Shown piece by piece: positions 39,191 to 52,559 of a stretch of 64,000 bases of DNA. Each line of letters opens with the position of its first letter. Position 1 is the first letter of the stretch. Location of the stretch: positions 54,994,001 to 55,058,000 of the forward strand of contig OX597829.1 of the NCBI GenBank assembly GCA_951406725.2, written 5' to 3'. The notes beneath the pieces were generated by a model, which was given only the letters and a program-made list of their open reading frames with translations, was not told the DNA's origin and searched no databases. The translations under genes and the position numbers were made by a program. Source of the stretch: Octopus vulgaris (Eukaryota).

Positions 39191-39791
39191 AATTGAGATA
39201 GGGGTTGTAGTGGATGAATGGGTTTAGGGTTAGATGTGGATGTGTATGTTTTGCTTGTACGGTGTGGTGGAGGTCGGGCGGTTCTCAATTGACCAACCGT
39301 GAGGAAGATAATGATAATTTTAAATTCAAATCCAATAGTATATTTATGCCATAAGGAAAATTATTAACTGGAATGCGGACATACATATATTCCGCTCTGG
39401 ATCATAATGTAAGAGTTATTAATAATATTATGAATGATAACAATGATAACATTAATTGTATTGACAACGATAATGATACTAACTTTAATGACACTTTGGA
39501 AACTATTATGAAGTAATATAATGTACAATTGACTATGTATATTTACATCTAGATATTAATTTGTGTATGTTTATTATCACAATATTAAGTCGAAAAACTG
39601 AGACATTTGGTGTGGAACACATATATATATTTACTAATTTATATTATTTATTTATATCATTATGTAAATGTATATTTTTTTATATGTATAGGAGTGTGAG
39701 TATATACACTCATATGTATATATATATGTTGTATTGTGGGTACGCACCCACACCCATGTGGGTATATGTGTAGACTGTGTTATATTACATA

Positions 39792-39918
39792 ATCTCCGAA
39801 GAGAACTTGTGATATTTTTGTTAATGTCTCATTTATATCTATATATTGACCAACCATAAAGGGCTAATATTGGTAAAATGGGACATAATTATCGACATGG
39901 CCGAAACAGCTGTAAGAT
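39792..39918 (+). ncRNA. Hammerhead-like motif with ~100-nt stem II
   Basis: ATCT-CCGAAGA-...ATGTCTCATTT..AAATGGGACAT...GGCC-GAAAC-AGCT-GTA-AGAT; core U-to-C change. Confidence 0.6.
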
Positions 39919-40060
39919 CTAATGTATGCTTATATTTATATTTACTCGTATTTATATTCTTTTTTATATATATTCTAATTATTATACAACATTACTCTTT
40001 TATGTACACTTTTTTATGTACATTGCTTTATGTACACTGATTTGTTCTGCTTTTTTATGT

Positions 40061-40189
40061 TTAACCCTACAGTCTCTTATGTGGTGGTTTAATAAAGTAT
40101 GTGATTGAGTATTATCTGGTAATTGATATTTGATTTAGATGTATTTCTCCATTTTCTTATCTTGTATATATATATATATATATACACAT

Positions 40190-40229
<40 letters not shown>

Positions 40230-40245
40230 GTATATATATGTATAT

Positions 40246-40304
<59 letters not shown>

Positions 40305-40406
40305 ATAAGAAAATGGAGAAATACATCTAAATCAAATATCAATTACCAGATAATACTCAATCACATACTTTATTAAACCACCACATAAGAGACTGTAGGG
40401 TTAAAT
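40061..40406. repeat. Perfect ~100-bp inverted repeat across a (TA)n spacer
   Basis: 40061-40162 is the reverse complement of 40302-40406. Confidence 0.9.
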
Positions 40407-40419
40407 AATGTATATATAC

Positions 40420-40472
<53 letters not shown>

Positions 40473-40764
40473 TATACATATATATACATACATATATATA
40501 TGTATATATATATATACATATGTGTATGTATACATATGTGTATATATGTATACACATGTGTATATATATATATATATATATATGACAGACTACACTGAGG
40601 AGTTACAAATACTTGCATTTTGCATTTGGAAGTATTAATAATGAAATCATGATATGTAGGTAATCGTTTTATTTTGTATGTTTTCATTTGTCTTGCTTAT
40701 TTCTTACCATTGTACATAGATACAAGTAGATACATGTATATCTATATATCATCATTATCTGCCT

Positions 40765-41470
40765 CATCATCATTTTTAACGTCTGTTGTCCATGCTGGTA
40801 TGTGTTGGATGGTTTGACCAGAGCTGGCAAGCTGTAAGGCTGCACCAGGCTCCAGTCTAATATGGCATGGTTCCTATCGTTGGATGCCCTTCCTAATGCC
40901 AACCACTCCAAGAGTGTAATGAGAGCTTTTACATGCCACCAGCATAGGTACCATTTGCATGACACCAGCATCTGCCACACCTGCGATTTTACTTGATGGC
41001 TTTTCTTGTCAAACACATCATAATGCCAAAGGTCTTGGTCATTCATCTGTGAGGTCCAACACTCAAGAGGAGCTTTTCATGTGCCACCAGCATCAGCCAC
41101 TTTGCCTCTATGTGGCCCAATGCTCAAAAGGTACTTTTTGCACACCACCAGCACGGATGCCAGTTATGTGACTCCAGCATCAGCCATGACTATGAGTTCA
41201 CTCGACTTGATAGATCTCCTGAAGCACAGCATATCACTGAAGGTCTCAGTCACTAGTCATTGCCTCTGTGAGGCCCAGCATTCGAAGACCATGCTTCATC
41301 ACTTTGTCCCATGTCTTCCTGGGTTTCCTTCTTCCATAGATTCCTTCCGCTAGTAGAGATCAGCACTTCTTCACACAGCTGTTCACATCCATACACATCA
41401 CATGACCATACCAATGCAATCGTCTCTCTTGCGCAGCACATCTGATGCATCTTATACCCAACTTTTCTCT
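40765..41470 (-). mobile_element. RTE LINE 3' end
   Basis: RCAAQERRLHWYGHV...GLTEAMTSDRDL-like end, 3'UTR and tail. Confidence 0.85.
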
Positions 41471-41492
41471 CATTTGTATGTATGTATGTATG

Positions 41493-41526
<34 letters not shown>

Positions 41527-41562
41527 GATAGATAGATAGATAGATAGATATAGATACATAAG

Positions 41563-41945
41563 TAGGTGCAAGTGTAGCTGTGTGGTAAGAAACTTGCTTA
41601 TGAACCACATGGCTCCGGGTTCAGTCCCACTTCGTGGCACCTTGGGCACGTGTCTTCTACTGTAGCTTCAGGTTGACCAAAGCCTTGTGAGTGGATTTGG
41701 TAGATGGAAACTGAAAGAAGCCCGCCATATATATATGTATGTGTATGTGTGTTTGTGTTTGTTCCCCCACCATCACTCAACAACTGATGTTGGTGAGTTT
41801 ACATCCCCGTAACTTAGTGGCTTGGTAAATGAGATCTATAAAATAAGTACTAGGCTTACAAAGAATAAGTCCTGGGGTTGGTTTGTTTAACTAAAGGTGG
41901 TGCCCCAGCATGGCCACAGTCAAACGACTGAAACAAGTAAAAAAA
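41563..41945 (+). mobile_element. SINE family A
   Basis: Family match. Confidence 0.85.
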
Positions 41946-42429
41946 AAAAGAAGAAAAGAATATATAAACATACACATAAATATATATGTATGTGTGTCTG
42001 TGTGTGTGTATGTATATGGACTGAAATGCCTGGTGATATGAGGTTCTTTAGAGGACCCACCCAATTTATGAAAACTGAAAGAAATTTTTCATACACCCCA
42101 TCCCAACAGACCAAACTATATCTCTTCTCTTCCTCACTATTTTTTTCTTTCTCATGCACTATGCTTATCTCTCCCTCCCGACTCCTGCAGCCCAATCCTG
42201 TCCTCTCTGCCCTGCCCACTGTGTCATTACCATCCTGTTGTCCTCCACTCCTCTTTGCATTCATGAGAACCTTCTACTCCATACTTGGCACCCATGGCAA
42301 TATTCTACCATCCCATTTATATTCTCATCCCTGTACCTTGAGACTATCCTCTGCCACATCACCACCATCTCTCCCTCTTGCTCTGTCTTGCACTCTTTTA
42401 TTCTCTCTCTCATTCTTGACTACTCTCTC

Positions 42430-42488
<59 letters not shown>

Positions 42489-42516
42489 TTCTCTGGCTCT
42501 GACTCTTGGTAGTTGC

Positions 42517-42958
42517 TGTTGCGAAAGAGGTAGTGTGGAAGACATGAGTGAAACGAATTGCAAGAGGCACGTTCATCTCCAGTCTCGAGCTAATCGACTT
42601 TTTCGTTTTCCACATGAAACGGAAAATAGGGCCAGAGAAGAAATGCCTGTCGCAAAGTGTGTTTGGTAATAGATGGAAGTCTATAGCAAGTATGTTGCGA
42701 GTGAAAGAACCTGTTTAAATGAGAATATAAAAAGGAGAAAGCCAAGTCTTCAGTGTGAGTTTGTGGTTTGTGGGGTCGACCGCATCTTCTGCTTCAATTT
42801 TTGTAAATCACTCATTCTCATTTAATTGTATATATTTTAATTGTTTGTTTATTCATACGTTTCGTCTCATTCGATACCCTGACCCCCAATGTTTGTTTTG
42901 TCTGTCCTCGTATCATCCCCTCTTTTTCTTAACCTCATGCTGAATAAAGAAATTGTCT
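42517..42958 (+). mobile_element. Possible solo LTR
   Basis: TGTTGCG start, TATAAAA at 42726, AATAAA at 42943; single copy here, interrupting an RTE-3'-type repeat; no clear terminal CA. Confidence 0.4.
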
Positions 42959-42959
42959 G

Positions 42960-43830
42960 GGGTAACCATGTATCTCCTCTACAGCAAGACACCTATTTCT
43001 CTCCCTCCATCACAATCTAAAATCTCACCACCTGGCACAAGGCCACATTGTCCAACACCACCATCTCAGTCTTTGTTTTGCAAGCTACTTGGTGACTGCA
43101 TTGGTGCTGGTACCACATAAAGAGCATCCAATCCACACAATAAAGTGGTTGGTGTTTATAAGGGCAACCAGCTGTGATAACAGTAACAAAGCTGGTCTTG
43201 GTGCTGTATATGAACACCCAGGCCCATCTGTAAAATGGCTGGCATTATGAAGGGCTCTGTCTCCCTACCTCACTCTCTCTTTCTCCCTCCCTCTCTTTCT
43301 CCTTCTCTCTCTTTCTCCATTTCTCTCTTTCTCCCTCTCTATTTCTCTTTCTCTCTCCCTCTCTCTCTTTCTCCCCCTCTCTCTCTGACCAGGTAACCAT
43401 GTACCTCCTCTACAACAACACACCTGTTTCTATCCCTCTGTCACACTCTAACCTTTCCTCATCTGATACAAGATCACTTCCTCCAATGTCCCCCTCCTCT
43501 CTCAAAGGATCTTTGTCTAGCAAGTTAATTGGTGACCTTTCCAGTGCTGGTGCATCCAGTCCACACTGCAAAGTGGTTGGCATTTGGAAGGGCATCCAGC
43601 TGTAAAAACCTTGCCAAAACTGACCTTGTATGTGCTTGTGCCATGTAAAAAGCACTAAGTCCACTCTACTGTGTGGTTGGTGTTAGGAAGGGCATCCAGC
43701 TATAGAAACCATGCTAAAACCGAGACTGAAGCCTCGTGCAGTCTTCTGCCTAGCTACCTCCTGCCAAACTGTCCAATCCATACCACCATGGAAAGTGGAG
43801 ATTAAACAATGATGATGATGATGATGATGA
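42960..43830 (+). mobile_element. RTE-type 3'UTR repeats (two tandem pieces)
   Basis: GGTAACCATGTA(T/C)CTCCTCTAC...; (GAT)n tail; similar copies at 59500-60010 and 62430-62870. Confidence 0.7.
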
Positions 43831-43832
43831 TA

Positions 43833-43872
<40 letters not shown>

Positions 43873-43929
43873 AATAAAATAGAACATATGCATATATATA
43901 AACATATATGTACGTACCTACCTCTACAT

Positions 43930-44422
43930 GTACATATACACGCATATATGTGTACAGGACACCAAAAAGACGTCGAACACATAGAGAGACGAAAAACATA
44001 GACACAAACCAAGGAACAAGACAAGCAAAAAAAGGAGATACAGGACAATAAGCACAACGAAAAATCCCCTTCTTCAGTCGCTAAGGTTTCATCTACTAAA
44101 CGTTTCGAAGGATAAAAGCGAGACGTATACTTCGAAGAAAACTTCCTTCCTACGAAAAGCAAATCAATTAAAATTCTGAGATCTTTTCGCAGAGGGGTAA
44201 AAAAAGCAAGACGGTCACGACAGTACAAACATATAAACAAGTAAAAAATATATATATAAACAGTGGAAAAATAAATATATAACAGTGAGAGACAGGACAA
44301 GGAGAACAAGATAAGAAGGGCTGTTAACGCCAGACGAAAAAAGTATAGCAAACGCTGGATTATAGTGGACGACGAGAGAGAAAGGATATCGACCAGTAGC
44401 CTTAGAAGGCGGGCGAGAAAAG

Positions 44423-44430
<8 letters not shown>
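43930..44430 (-). mobile_element. Penelope-like terminal repeat, young and CpG-retaining
   Basis: Related to 703-950; sits between (TA)n tracts. Confidence 0.5.
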
Positions 44431-44506
<76 letters not shown>

Positions 44507-44509
<3 letters not shown>

Positions 44510-44898
44510 GAGTGGCTGTGTGGTAAGTAGCTTGCTAACCAACCACATGGTTCCGGGTTCAGTCCCACTGCGTGGCATCTTGGGCAAGTGTCTTCTGCTA
44601 TAGCCTCGGGCCGACCAATGCCTTGTGAGTGGATTTGGTAGACGGAAACTGAAAGAAGCCTGTCGTATATATGTATATATATATATGTGTATGTGTGTGT
44701 GTGTTTGTCCCCCTAGCATTGCTTGACAACCGATGCTGGTGTGTTTACGTCCCCGTCACTTAGCGGTTCGGCAAAAGAGACCGATAGAATAAGTACTGGG
44801 CTTACAAAGAATAAGTCCCAGGGTCGATTTGCTCGATTAAAGGCAGTGCTCCAGCATGGCCGCAGTCAAATGACTGAAACAAGTAAAAGAGTAAAGAG
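44507..44898 (+). mobile_element. SINE family A, full length
   Basis: Nearly identical to 51372-51788 in reverse. Confidence 0.9.
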
Positions 44899-45432
44899 TA
44901 TATAAACATAGGTGCAAGCATGACAGTGTGGTAAGAAGTTTGCTTCCCAACCACATGGTTCTGGGGTCAGTCTCACTGCATGTTACCTTGGGCAAGTGAT
45001 TGGAATTGGTAGACGGAAACTGAAGGAAGCTCATCATGTGTGTGCGTGTGTGTGTTCATGTATGTTTGCATCCCTCTAACTTAGCAGTCTGGTAAAAGGT
45101 TAATGGAATATGTATCATGCTTTACAAAAAAATAATAATTACCAGCGTTGGTTTGTTCAACTACAATTCTCCAAGATAAAAGATAGAAAAATTATATGTG
45201 TGTGTGTGCATGTAGGTGTGCGTGTGTGTGTGTCTGTATGTATATATATATAAGTTAAATAAAGTTAAAACATGGTCTGGTTTTCACGTTTTTTATTATA
45301 GTATTTTAACATTAAAAAAATATTTTGTAATATTCATAAAGTTCAATTAGCACTTTCATACATTTGTAGTAATCATCAGATTTCAAAATGTTTTTAACCG
45401 ACAGTGGGGTTCTTGACAACAATAATATATAC

Positions 45433-45482
<50 letters not shown>

Positions 45483-47352
45483 TGTTCTGAAGGGCACCCA
45501 GCTGTAGGAACTTTACCAGATCAGATTCTGGCTCGTTAGCCCTCGGTCAAGCCATCCAAACCATGCCAGCATGGAAAGTGGACGTTAAATTACAATGGAT
45601 GATGATGATGATGATATATATATATATATATAAATTAAAACAAAGATATAAAATCGTCTTAAATCCTCATACAAAAATAGTATATATGTGTGTGTTTATG
45701 TGCATGCACACACACATACAACAGGTTTCTTTGGAATTAGCTGATTGGCCACACAGCTGTTTGGTCAGTGGTGATTAAGTGAGATTTGATATGGCAGCCT
45801 GGATATTGCTCCTGTTTTGGCTATGACTTTTTTGATAACTAGTTTTTGGCACTGCAGACAAACACACATACATGCAAAGCATGCAGAAATATACACATCG
45901 TATGGGAAGGAGAGAAGGAGAGTGAGAGAGAGAGATTACTGTTTATTAATTGAACAGAACTGACATTAAAACTTTCTCCTTCCACACATAAAGAGAAATA
46001 GGTGTACAGAGAGAGGAAGGAAGAGGGATAGTACAAGAGAAACATTAAAATGTATAAAATGTCTCCTATTGCTACAAATCTCACCTCGCCTCTTCTCATA
46101 TGCATAAAGGAAAACCTGACGTAGACATTAACCGAGTGAGAGAGAGGTTTGTGGCAATGAAAGTCACGTAATACTTCTTAATATTTCTCTCTCTTTCTCT
46201 CTCTCTCTCTCTCTGATTTTTTCTGCTCACAGAAAATTTAAATTCACAGTCAGCTCTACAGAAGTCCATTATGAGGAAATTTTTCCTTTCCATATTTCAT
46301 CAGCATTTCACCAGCCATCACATACATAAAGTGAAGCAGAAAGCTAAGCAGAGTTTAGTAGTCCAGTAGTTTAGTAATTGAGATTACAAATTAGTTGTCA
46401 ACTAGAATAAAAAAACAAAAATTTTCACAATTCCTAAGGATTCCATGAGTAAAACATTTGATGCCAAATAACTCAGCATTGAATCAACAATTCCAAATAA
46501 GCAGCACCAAATGCATGTCAAAATGACTCACAGACTGGTTTCAGTTTTCATGTACTAAATCTGCTCACAAGACTTTGGTTGACTTCAAGGCTGTAGTAGA
46601 AGATACATGCCCAAGGTGCCATGCAGTGGGACAGAACCGGGAGCCACATGATTGGGAAGTGAGTTTCTTAACCACAGAGCTACTCCTGCACTTTATTACA
46701 AATTGATAATTGCTTCTAATATAGGCAGAAGACCTCAAATTTGTGTGTTGGGGGGTAGTCAATTAAATAGGCTCCAATACTTGAGACTGGTACTTAATTT
46801 ATCAACTCCGAAAGGAGGAAAGGCAAAGCTGACCCCAGAGGAATTTGAATTCAGAATGTAAAGTCAAACAAAATGCCACAAAGCGTTTTGTTTGCTGTGC
46901 TAACGATTCTGTTACTTGCCAGCTTACTTTATTACAAAGTAGTGCAAAAATGTAAATAACTATGTATGTGTGTCTCTAATATCTTGTAGTACCTCACAAT
47001 GATTCTAAAAAAAAAAAAATCATAATGGGAGAATGCTATACTTTCATACAGTTTCCCTCTGATGAATTTCACTCACAAGACATTGGCAAAATTCAATACT
47101 ACGGCATGAAGTGGAATGGAACCTGAAATCATGCAGTTACAAAACAAACTTCATAAATACATTGCTATGCCTTGGCTATAAAAGGTGTTCTGGCTAAAGC
47201 TGACAGTTTGCAGAAAAGGAGGGAAAAAAAAAACATAATACCCCATCCAAAAATAAGAGTATTTAAAAAAAATCAAAAAATATCAACTGTCCAACCCATG
47301 CTAGCATGGAAAGCAGACGTTAATCAACGACGATGAAGATGATGATTATGGT

Positions 47353-47760
47353 TAGGAAATAATAGTTTTCTCAAAGTAGCTGCCCTCAGCTTCCACCATG
47401 ACCTCAAGACAGCTCTGGAACTTGGCGCATTCATTTCTCACTGTGTCTCTGGGAAGATCTTTGAATACCTTGATCTTGGCCATTGGCTCAGACTTGGTGT
47501 TAACAGTAGAGCAGTTGGTGTCTTTGTCAACTGTGCCCCACACATAGTAATCCATGGTATTATAATCAGGACAATTAGGGGCTAGAAATTGGGGATGGTG
47601 AAGTTCCCAACAACTACTTCTGACTCTTTCCGGAGATATGGCAAGGAGCTGAATCCTGCTACCACATGTTATGACCTTCTAGCAGCAACTCTTTCTGGCC
47701 TGTGATTGATCACAATCTCCAGCAGCTTCACTGAGCTGCCTGAATTGAGCATTAGGCCCT
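47353..47760 (-). mobile_element. Tc1/mariner (maT/DD37D-like) transposase C-terminal fragment
   Basis: QDSAPCHISGKSQK; PDYNTMDYYVWG...VEAEGSYFE. Confidence 0.8.
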
Positions 47761-49208
47761 ATTCAAAGACGTGGGGGTGAATTCTGGAGTGTGGACACAA
47801 TAAGAATGCCTGTTATATACATTTTTAAAGAGAGTGAGAGAGAGTGGGGGAAGCAGAGGAAGGAAGAGAGAGACACACACACACGCACACACACATGTAA
47901 TTGGAAAAGCATAGAAGTATAAAGCAGAAGAAAAAAAAAAGAAAACCAAAGAAACGTAAATTGAAGATAATTATATCAAAAGAAGAAAAGGAAGAGAATT
48001 TAACATTTCAGTTGATACCATTTTCTATAAATATGATACTTTTATCAAAATTAAAAAAAGGGGTTGCAATGCAATACTGACCCTGAAAATAATTGAACTT
48101 AGAATGTGAAATAGAATACTTGTGATACAAATTGCAAAATTTGCATCAGATTATTATTAGTCTCATTATTATTGTTTCTTTCATTTGCCACTGAGGCAAT
48201 AACGAGATGATTAACATGATGAGCATAAAGCGTGAGGCTACATGAAAAAATTGAACTCACAAATTCCTGGAATTATATATGTAGCTGTGGCTAAAAGCAC
48301 AAGTGTGGCTGTGTGATAAGAAGCTTGCTTCCCAAACCACATGGCTCTGCATTCAGTCCCACTCTGAGGCGCCTTGGGCAAATGTCTTCTACTATAACTC
48401 TGAGCCAACTAAATCCTTGTGAGTAGATTTTGCAGAAATAGACCGAAAGTCATGTTGTAGAATTTCTATATTTCTGTCTTGACATAAAATTCCTGCTTAT
48501 TTATTTATTCTTTCATTGTCTACTGACGTCATCAAAAATTAAATACTAAACTGGCTTTTCTTAGGATATTATATTTCTTCTTAACATTCTTTCATTCTTT
48601 TTGTGTGCATTCATCTATTAGAGATATTTTCTCAGTTCACTTTGAATTTAATTAATTTCATATTGCCTTGATAACAATGTATTAGCTTATACTTTCAGAT
48701 ATATTAATTCGACTGTATCTAATTCGATATATTAATTCGACTGTGTTAATTTTCTGTGTCTAAATATGCTGGCATAATAAAAACAATCATTGATTAAGTA
48801 CGGTTTAATCACCAATTAAAGATGTGATTTTCTCCATTCTTGTTCATGCTGTCATATACTCTGAGTTTCTTGAAAATCTTCTAAGGGATATTTGGATTAA
48901 CCTGTCATACATGACGAATTACCTTCAATGTTTATTGTACTCGTATTTATTAGTATCTCATTGCTTTATGTAGTTAAACAAGTTTGTTTAACACTGAGGG
49001 CTTTATTGATATCCGTCTGGATTTATTAATCCTTTTTACTTATCATGTGCTTATTTTGCTTATTGTGAGTGCTACTGGATTACTTCAATCTATATATTGT
49101 GACTTAATATACGTTATTTACGTTATTTACATTGGGCGGATAAAAAAATTTTTTTGTAAAAACACCTTAGGAATGAGAACCCAGGGCTGGGTTCAAAATT
49201 CCACCTGG

Positions 49209-49252
49209 ACACCTGATGAAGGCTGGAGAGTAAATCAGCCGAAACATTGTGC
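49209..49252 (+). ncRNA. Minimal hammerhead motif at a Penelope-like terminus
   Basis: ACAC-CTGATGA-A-GGCTG..CAGCC-GAAAC-ATT-GTGC; stem III apparently CpG-decayed from AACGTT. Confidence 0.65.
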
Positions 49253-49982
49253 TAACAACAAACAAATAATGTACAGAATTACTCCAGTCAGAATTGAGGC
49301 AACTGCAGCATGGATCAAAGTCCTTTTATCTGGCAGTATTATTAAAATTTGTGAAATTCTGAAACCAATGTAATTAATGTAATAAAATCTTTTTAAAGTG
49401 CATTTTCAATTTTTTTTTCTGTATATATATTTCTACTCATGTGAAAAATCTCATTTTCCTGTATGTGTGGATGTATGTATGTTTAGGTGTATGGCTGAAC
49501 AGATGGACAGATGTCCGTGTGTTGCATAAATGTTTATACACCATTAGAAGGCATGAAGCTGTGGAATTGTCTGAGATAAAAATCTCTTTGTAGATTCGTT
49601 GCATTAAAAGTGCAAAATATGTTGGAGCAAGATGAATGGCTGCGGTGATTCATGATAACAACAGATGTGTTTCATGTTTCTTGAATTCTACCAATGCTAT
49701 GAACACAATTTTCACCTTTTTTAATGAAATCCATGCAACACTGATTTAAATTTGATGCCATAACAATTGTGTATTCCGAGTTTCTACACAACCCATTAAG
49801 CTTCCACAATACCAGAAGTATTCACTGTTTCCTTTTTTTACTCAAATGGCTTGGAGTCTGTCTGGAAGCTGCAGGTAATTTTTGTGACCAGTGGAGGAGG
49901 TTGTACAGAAAGTGTAATTGTTAGAATAAGAATAGGCTGGAGAAAGTTCAGAGAGCTTTTATCTCTGCTGGCAACCAAAGCT

Positions 49983-50022
<40 letters not shown>

Positions 50023-50377
50023 GAAGGGAGATAGTATGTTGTATGTGTACAAACAGTGATGCTGCAAGGTAGTGAGACATGGGCCCTGAATGTGGAGGAC
50101 ATGCAAAGACTAGGGAGGAATGAAGATGGTATAATTTGCTGAATGTGCAATGCCAGTGTGCATGTGCTTGGGTGTGAGAGGAATTAGATGCAGTGTGCAA
50201 GAAACAAAGCCAAAACAGATTATGGAACCTGGCGTGGCCCCTGACTTTGCCATTCCTACCAAGCCACCCAACCCATACCAATATGGGAAATGGACGTTAA
50301 ATGTTGATGACGGTGGTGGTGGTAGTGGTGGCAGCGGCAACAGTGGTGGTGGTTTTGGTGATGGTGGTGATGATGGA

Positions 50378-50490
50378 CGGGGGATCACTCAGCTCGTCTG
50401 TCGATGAAGAGCGCGGCTATCTGCGTGAACTGATGCGAATTGCAGGACTCAGTGAACATCGACACCTCGAACGCACATTGCGGCCCCGGG
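50378..50490 (+). rRNA. 5.8S rRNA fragment (pseudogene)
   Basis: GGATCACTCAGCTCGTCTGTCGATGAAGAGCGC...GAATTGCAGGAC...CGAACGCACATTGCGGCCCCGGG; truncated, with no ITS, 18S or 28S flanks. Confidence 0.92.
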
Positions 50491-50493
50491 ATC

Positions 50494-50710
50494 AAAGGTG
50501 GTGAGTTGGAAGAAATGTTAGCACGCGAAATGCTTCGCGGTATTTCGTCTGCCGCCACGTTGTGAGTTCAAATTCTGCCGAGGTTGACTTTGCCTTTCAT
50601 CCTTTCGGGGTCGATTAAATAAGTACCAGTTACGTACTGGGGTCGATATAATCGACTTAATCCGTTTGTCCTCTCTGTGTTTGGCCCCTTGTGGGTAGTA
50701 AAGAAATAGG
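50494..50710 (+). mobile_element. SINE family B, full length
   Basis: Matches 18539-18761. Confidence 0.9.
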
Positions 50711-50716
50711 TGATGG

Positions 50717-50749
<33 letters not shown>

Positions 50750-50899
50750 ACAATGCAATGAACATGTGTCCACCAAAATATCATCTCAACAAAACAGTTA
50801 AATACACCTGTTAATGCAGCCCAGAAAGTTATGTTTCGTACATTTGTGAGTTGTGTGTATGTTTATTCCACCATCAGAACACTCAAAGGTAGATCAGGA

Positions 50900-51330
50900 T
50901 AGATTGTGGGATGTTGGTACAGAGAGGATATGAGCCGTGTACCAGAAGTAAAACGGGAGCCTCAGCCAAACTTTCTATGGGCAAAGAATATAAGGACAAA
51001 CTCTTCTTTCCACTGTTTATTTTAATCTTTATTTTCTCAACAACCGTTTCAACAACTCAGTCAATAATATATTCTCCTTCATTGTTCATGACTTTTTGCC
51101 AATGTTCTACTGGCTTATCAATATCTCGACAGGAGGAATTACTGGGTCATGACTCAAAGAATTCATTAAGTCATGTTTTCAGTTGCATGTCATTGTTGAT
51201 TGAAATGTCTTACAATCTGTTGAGGAATGTCTGGAAAATATGGTAATCTGAAAGTGCTATATTAAGAAGAATTTGTGAGTGTAGTGGCGTTCTTGGATAG
51301 CATTTTTTTGTCAAATTAGTAACAAGCATT
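50900..51330 (+). mobile_element. Possible piggyBac transposase relic
   Basis: KLFFP..TQSIIYS; NYW; VFSCMS..LLRN resemble the PGBD N-terminal pattern; very decayed. Confidence 0.3.
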
Positions 51331-51371
51331 GTCATACAGTTCTATGTTTAAGAGATGAGGAATTATGTAAA

Positions 51372-51583
51372 TTACTCTTTACTCTTTTACTTGTTTCAGT
51401 CATTTGACTGCTGCCATGCTGGAGCACCGCCTTTTAGTCGAGCAAATCGACCCCGGGACTTATTCTTTGTAAGCCCAGTACTTATTCTATTGGTCTCTTT
51501 TGCCGAACCGCTAAGTGTCGGGGACATAAACACACCAGCATCGGTTGTCAAGCAATGCTAGGGGGACAAACACAGGCACACAA

Positions 51584-51616
<33 letters not shown>

Positions 51617-51788
51617 CATATATACGACAGGCTTCTTTCAGTTTCCGTCTACCAAATCCACTCATAAGGCATTGGTCGGCCCGGGGCTATAGCAGAAGAC
51701 ACTTGCCCAAGATGCCATGCAGTGGGACTAAACCCTGAACCTTGTGGTTGGTTAGCAAGCTACTTACCACACAGCCACTCCTGCACCT
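51372..51788 (-). mobile_element. SINE family A, full length
   Basis: Family match. Confidence 0.9.
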
Positions 51789-51791
51789 ATA

Positions 51792-51912
51792 TTTACATTA
51801 TTTACATTTGACGGATATTTGTCCTCATCTTGTTAACTAGCTTATCAATACCTTGGCAGGAGGAATTGTTTGTTGATGAGGACAAATATCTGTCAAATGT
51901 AAATAATGTAAA
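51792..51912. repeat. Inverted repeat, ~37-bp arms
   Basis: TTTACATTATTTACATTTGACGGATATTTGTCCTCATC versus GATGAGGACAAATATCTGTCAAATGTAAATAATGTAAA. Confidence 0.85.
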
Positions 51913-51959
51913 AGCGTTGTCATGTTGAAGAAGCTTGTAATGTTGCAGGTTTGGGCCAT

Positions 51960-52190
51960 TTCAGCTGGATTGCTCATCGAATAAAGATGATGGGTAATGG
52001 TGTCTTGTAAGCATCCCATCTACTGGTCCATTTCTCTGATGGATTGGCATGAGTCCACGTGGATGAACTGATTCGATCCATTCTCATCGAACTGGACAGG
52101 TCAGTCATAATGCGGAGAGTCTGGGAGTTCAATTTTTCCTCTTCATGAAACATGGAAACCATTTCAGTGCAGTTCTTTCAGTTATCTATC
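51960..52190 (-). mobile_element. mariner transposase HTH fragment
   Basis: KWFPCF..; PVQFDENG..QSIREM..MGCLQDTITHHLYSM. Confidence 0.6.
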
Positions 52191-52559
52191 TATCTAGGTC
52201 GTCCCACAGGACACCCCTAATATTCCTAGTTAGATGGAAACTGCAGGACCACATGGAAGCAGCGCCCTGTGACCCCTATGTGTAATTGAAACCCCTATAA
52301 CCCCTTTCAGTTAGAATGCCCTCTTTATACACGACACAGATATCACGAGTGGCTTTGGTGATTTTGGAACCTCGACTGCAAACGTAGAGAAGCAGGTGTT
52401 GAAAAGATTCTTTTTATTTTCCTACTTGGCATTCCATCATCATTGTCTCAAAAGATATTAAAGGAATTCAAATTTCAAAGATGATAAACAAAAGTTGTAG
52501 AGTTAAAAATAGAGCTACAAAAAAAAAGAAAGAAACAAAGCACAACAATAAAAATATTT

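Noticed and set aside
37316-40687. Many ORFs rich in IYIY/CVCV/MYVC (here and throughout the window)
   Set aside because: They are translations of (TA)n, (TG)n and (TATG)n microsatellites.
50378-50490. Functional rDNA locus
   Set aside because: The 5.8S is truncated and has no ITS, 18S or 28S neighbours.
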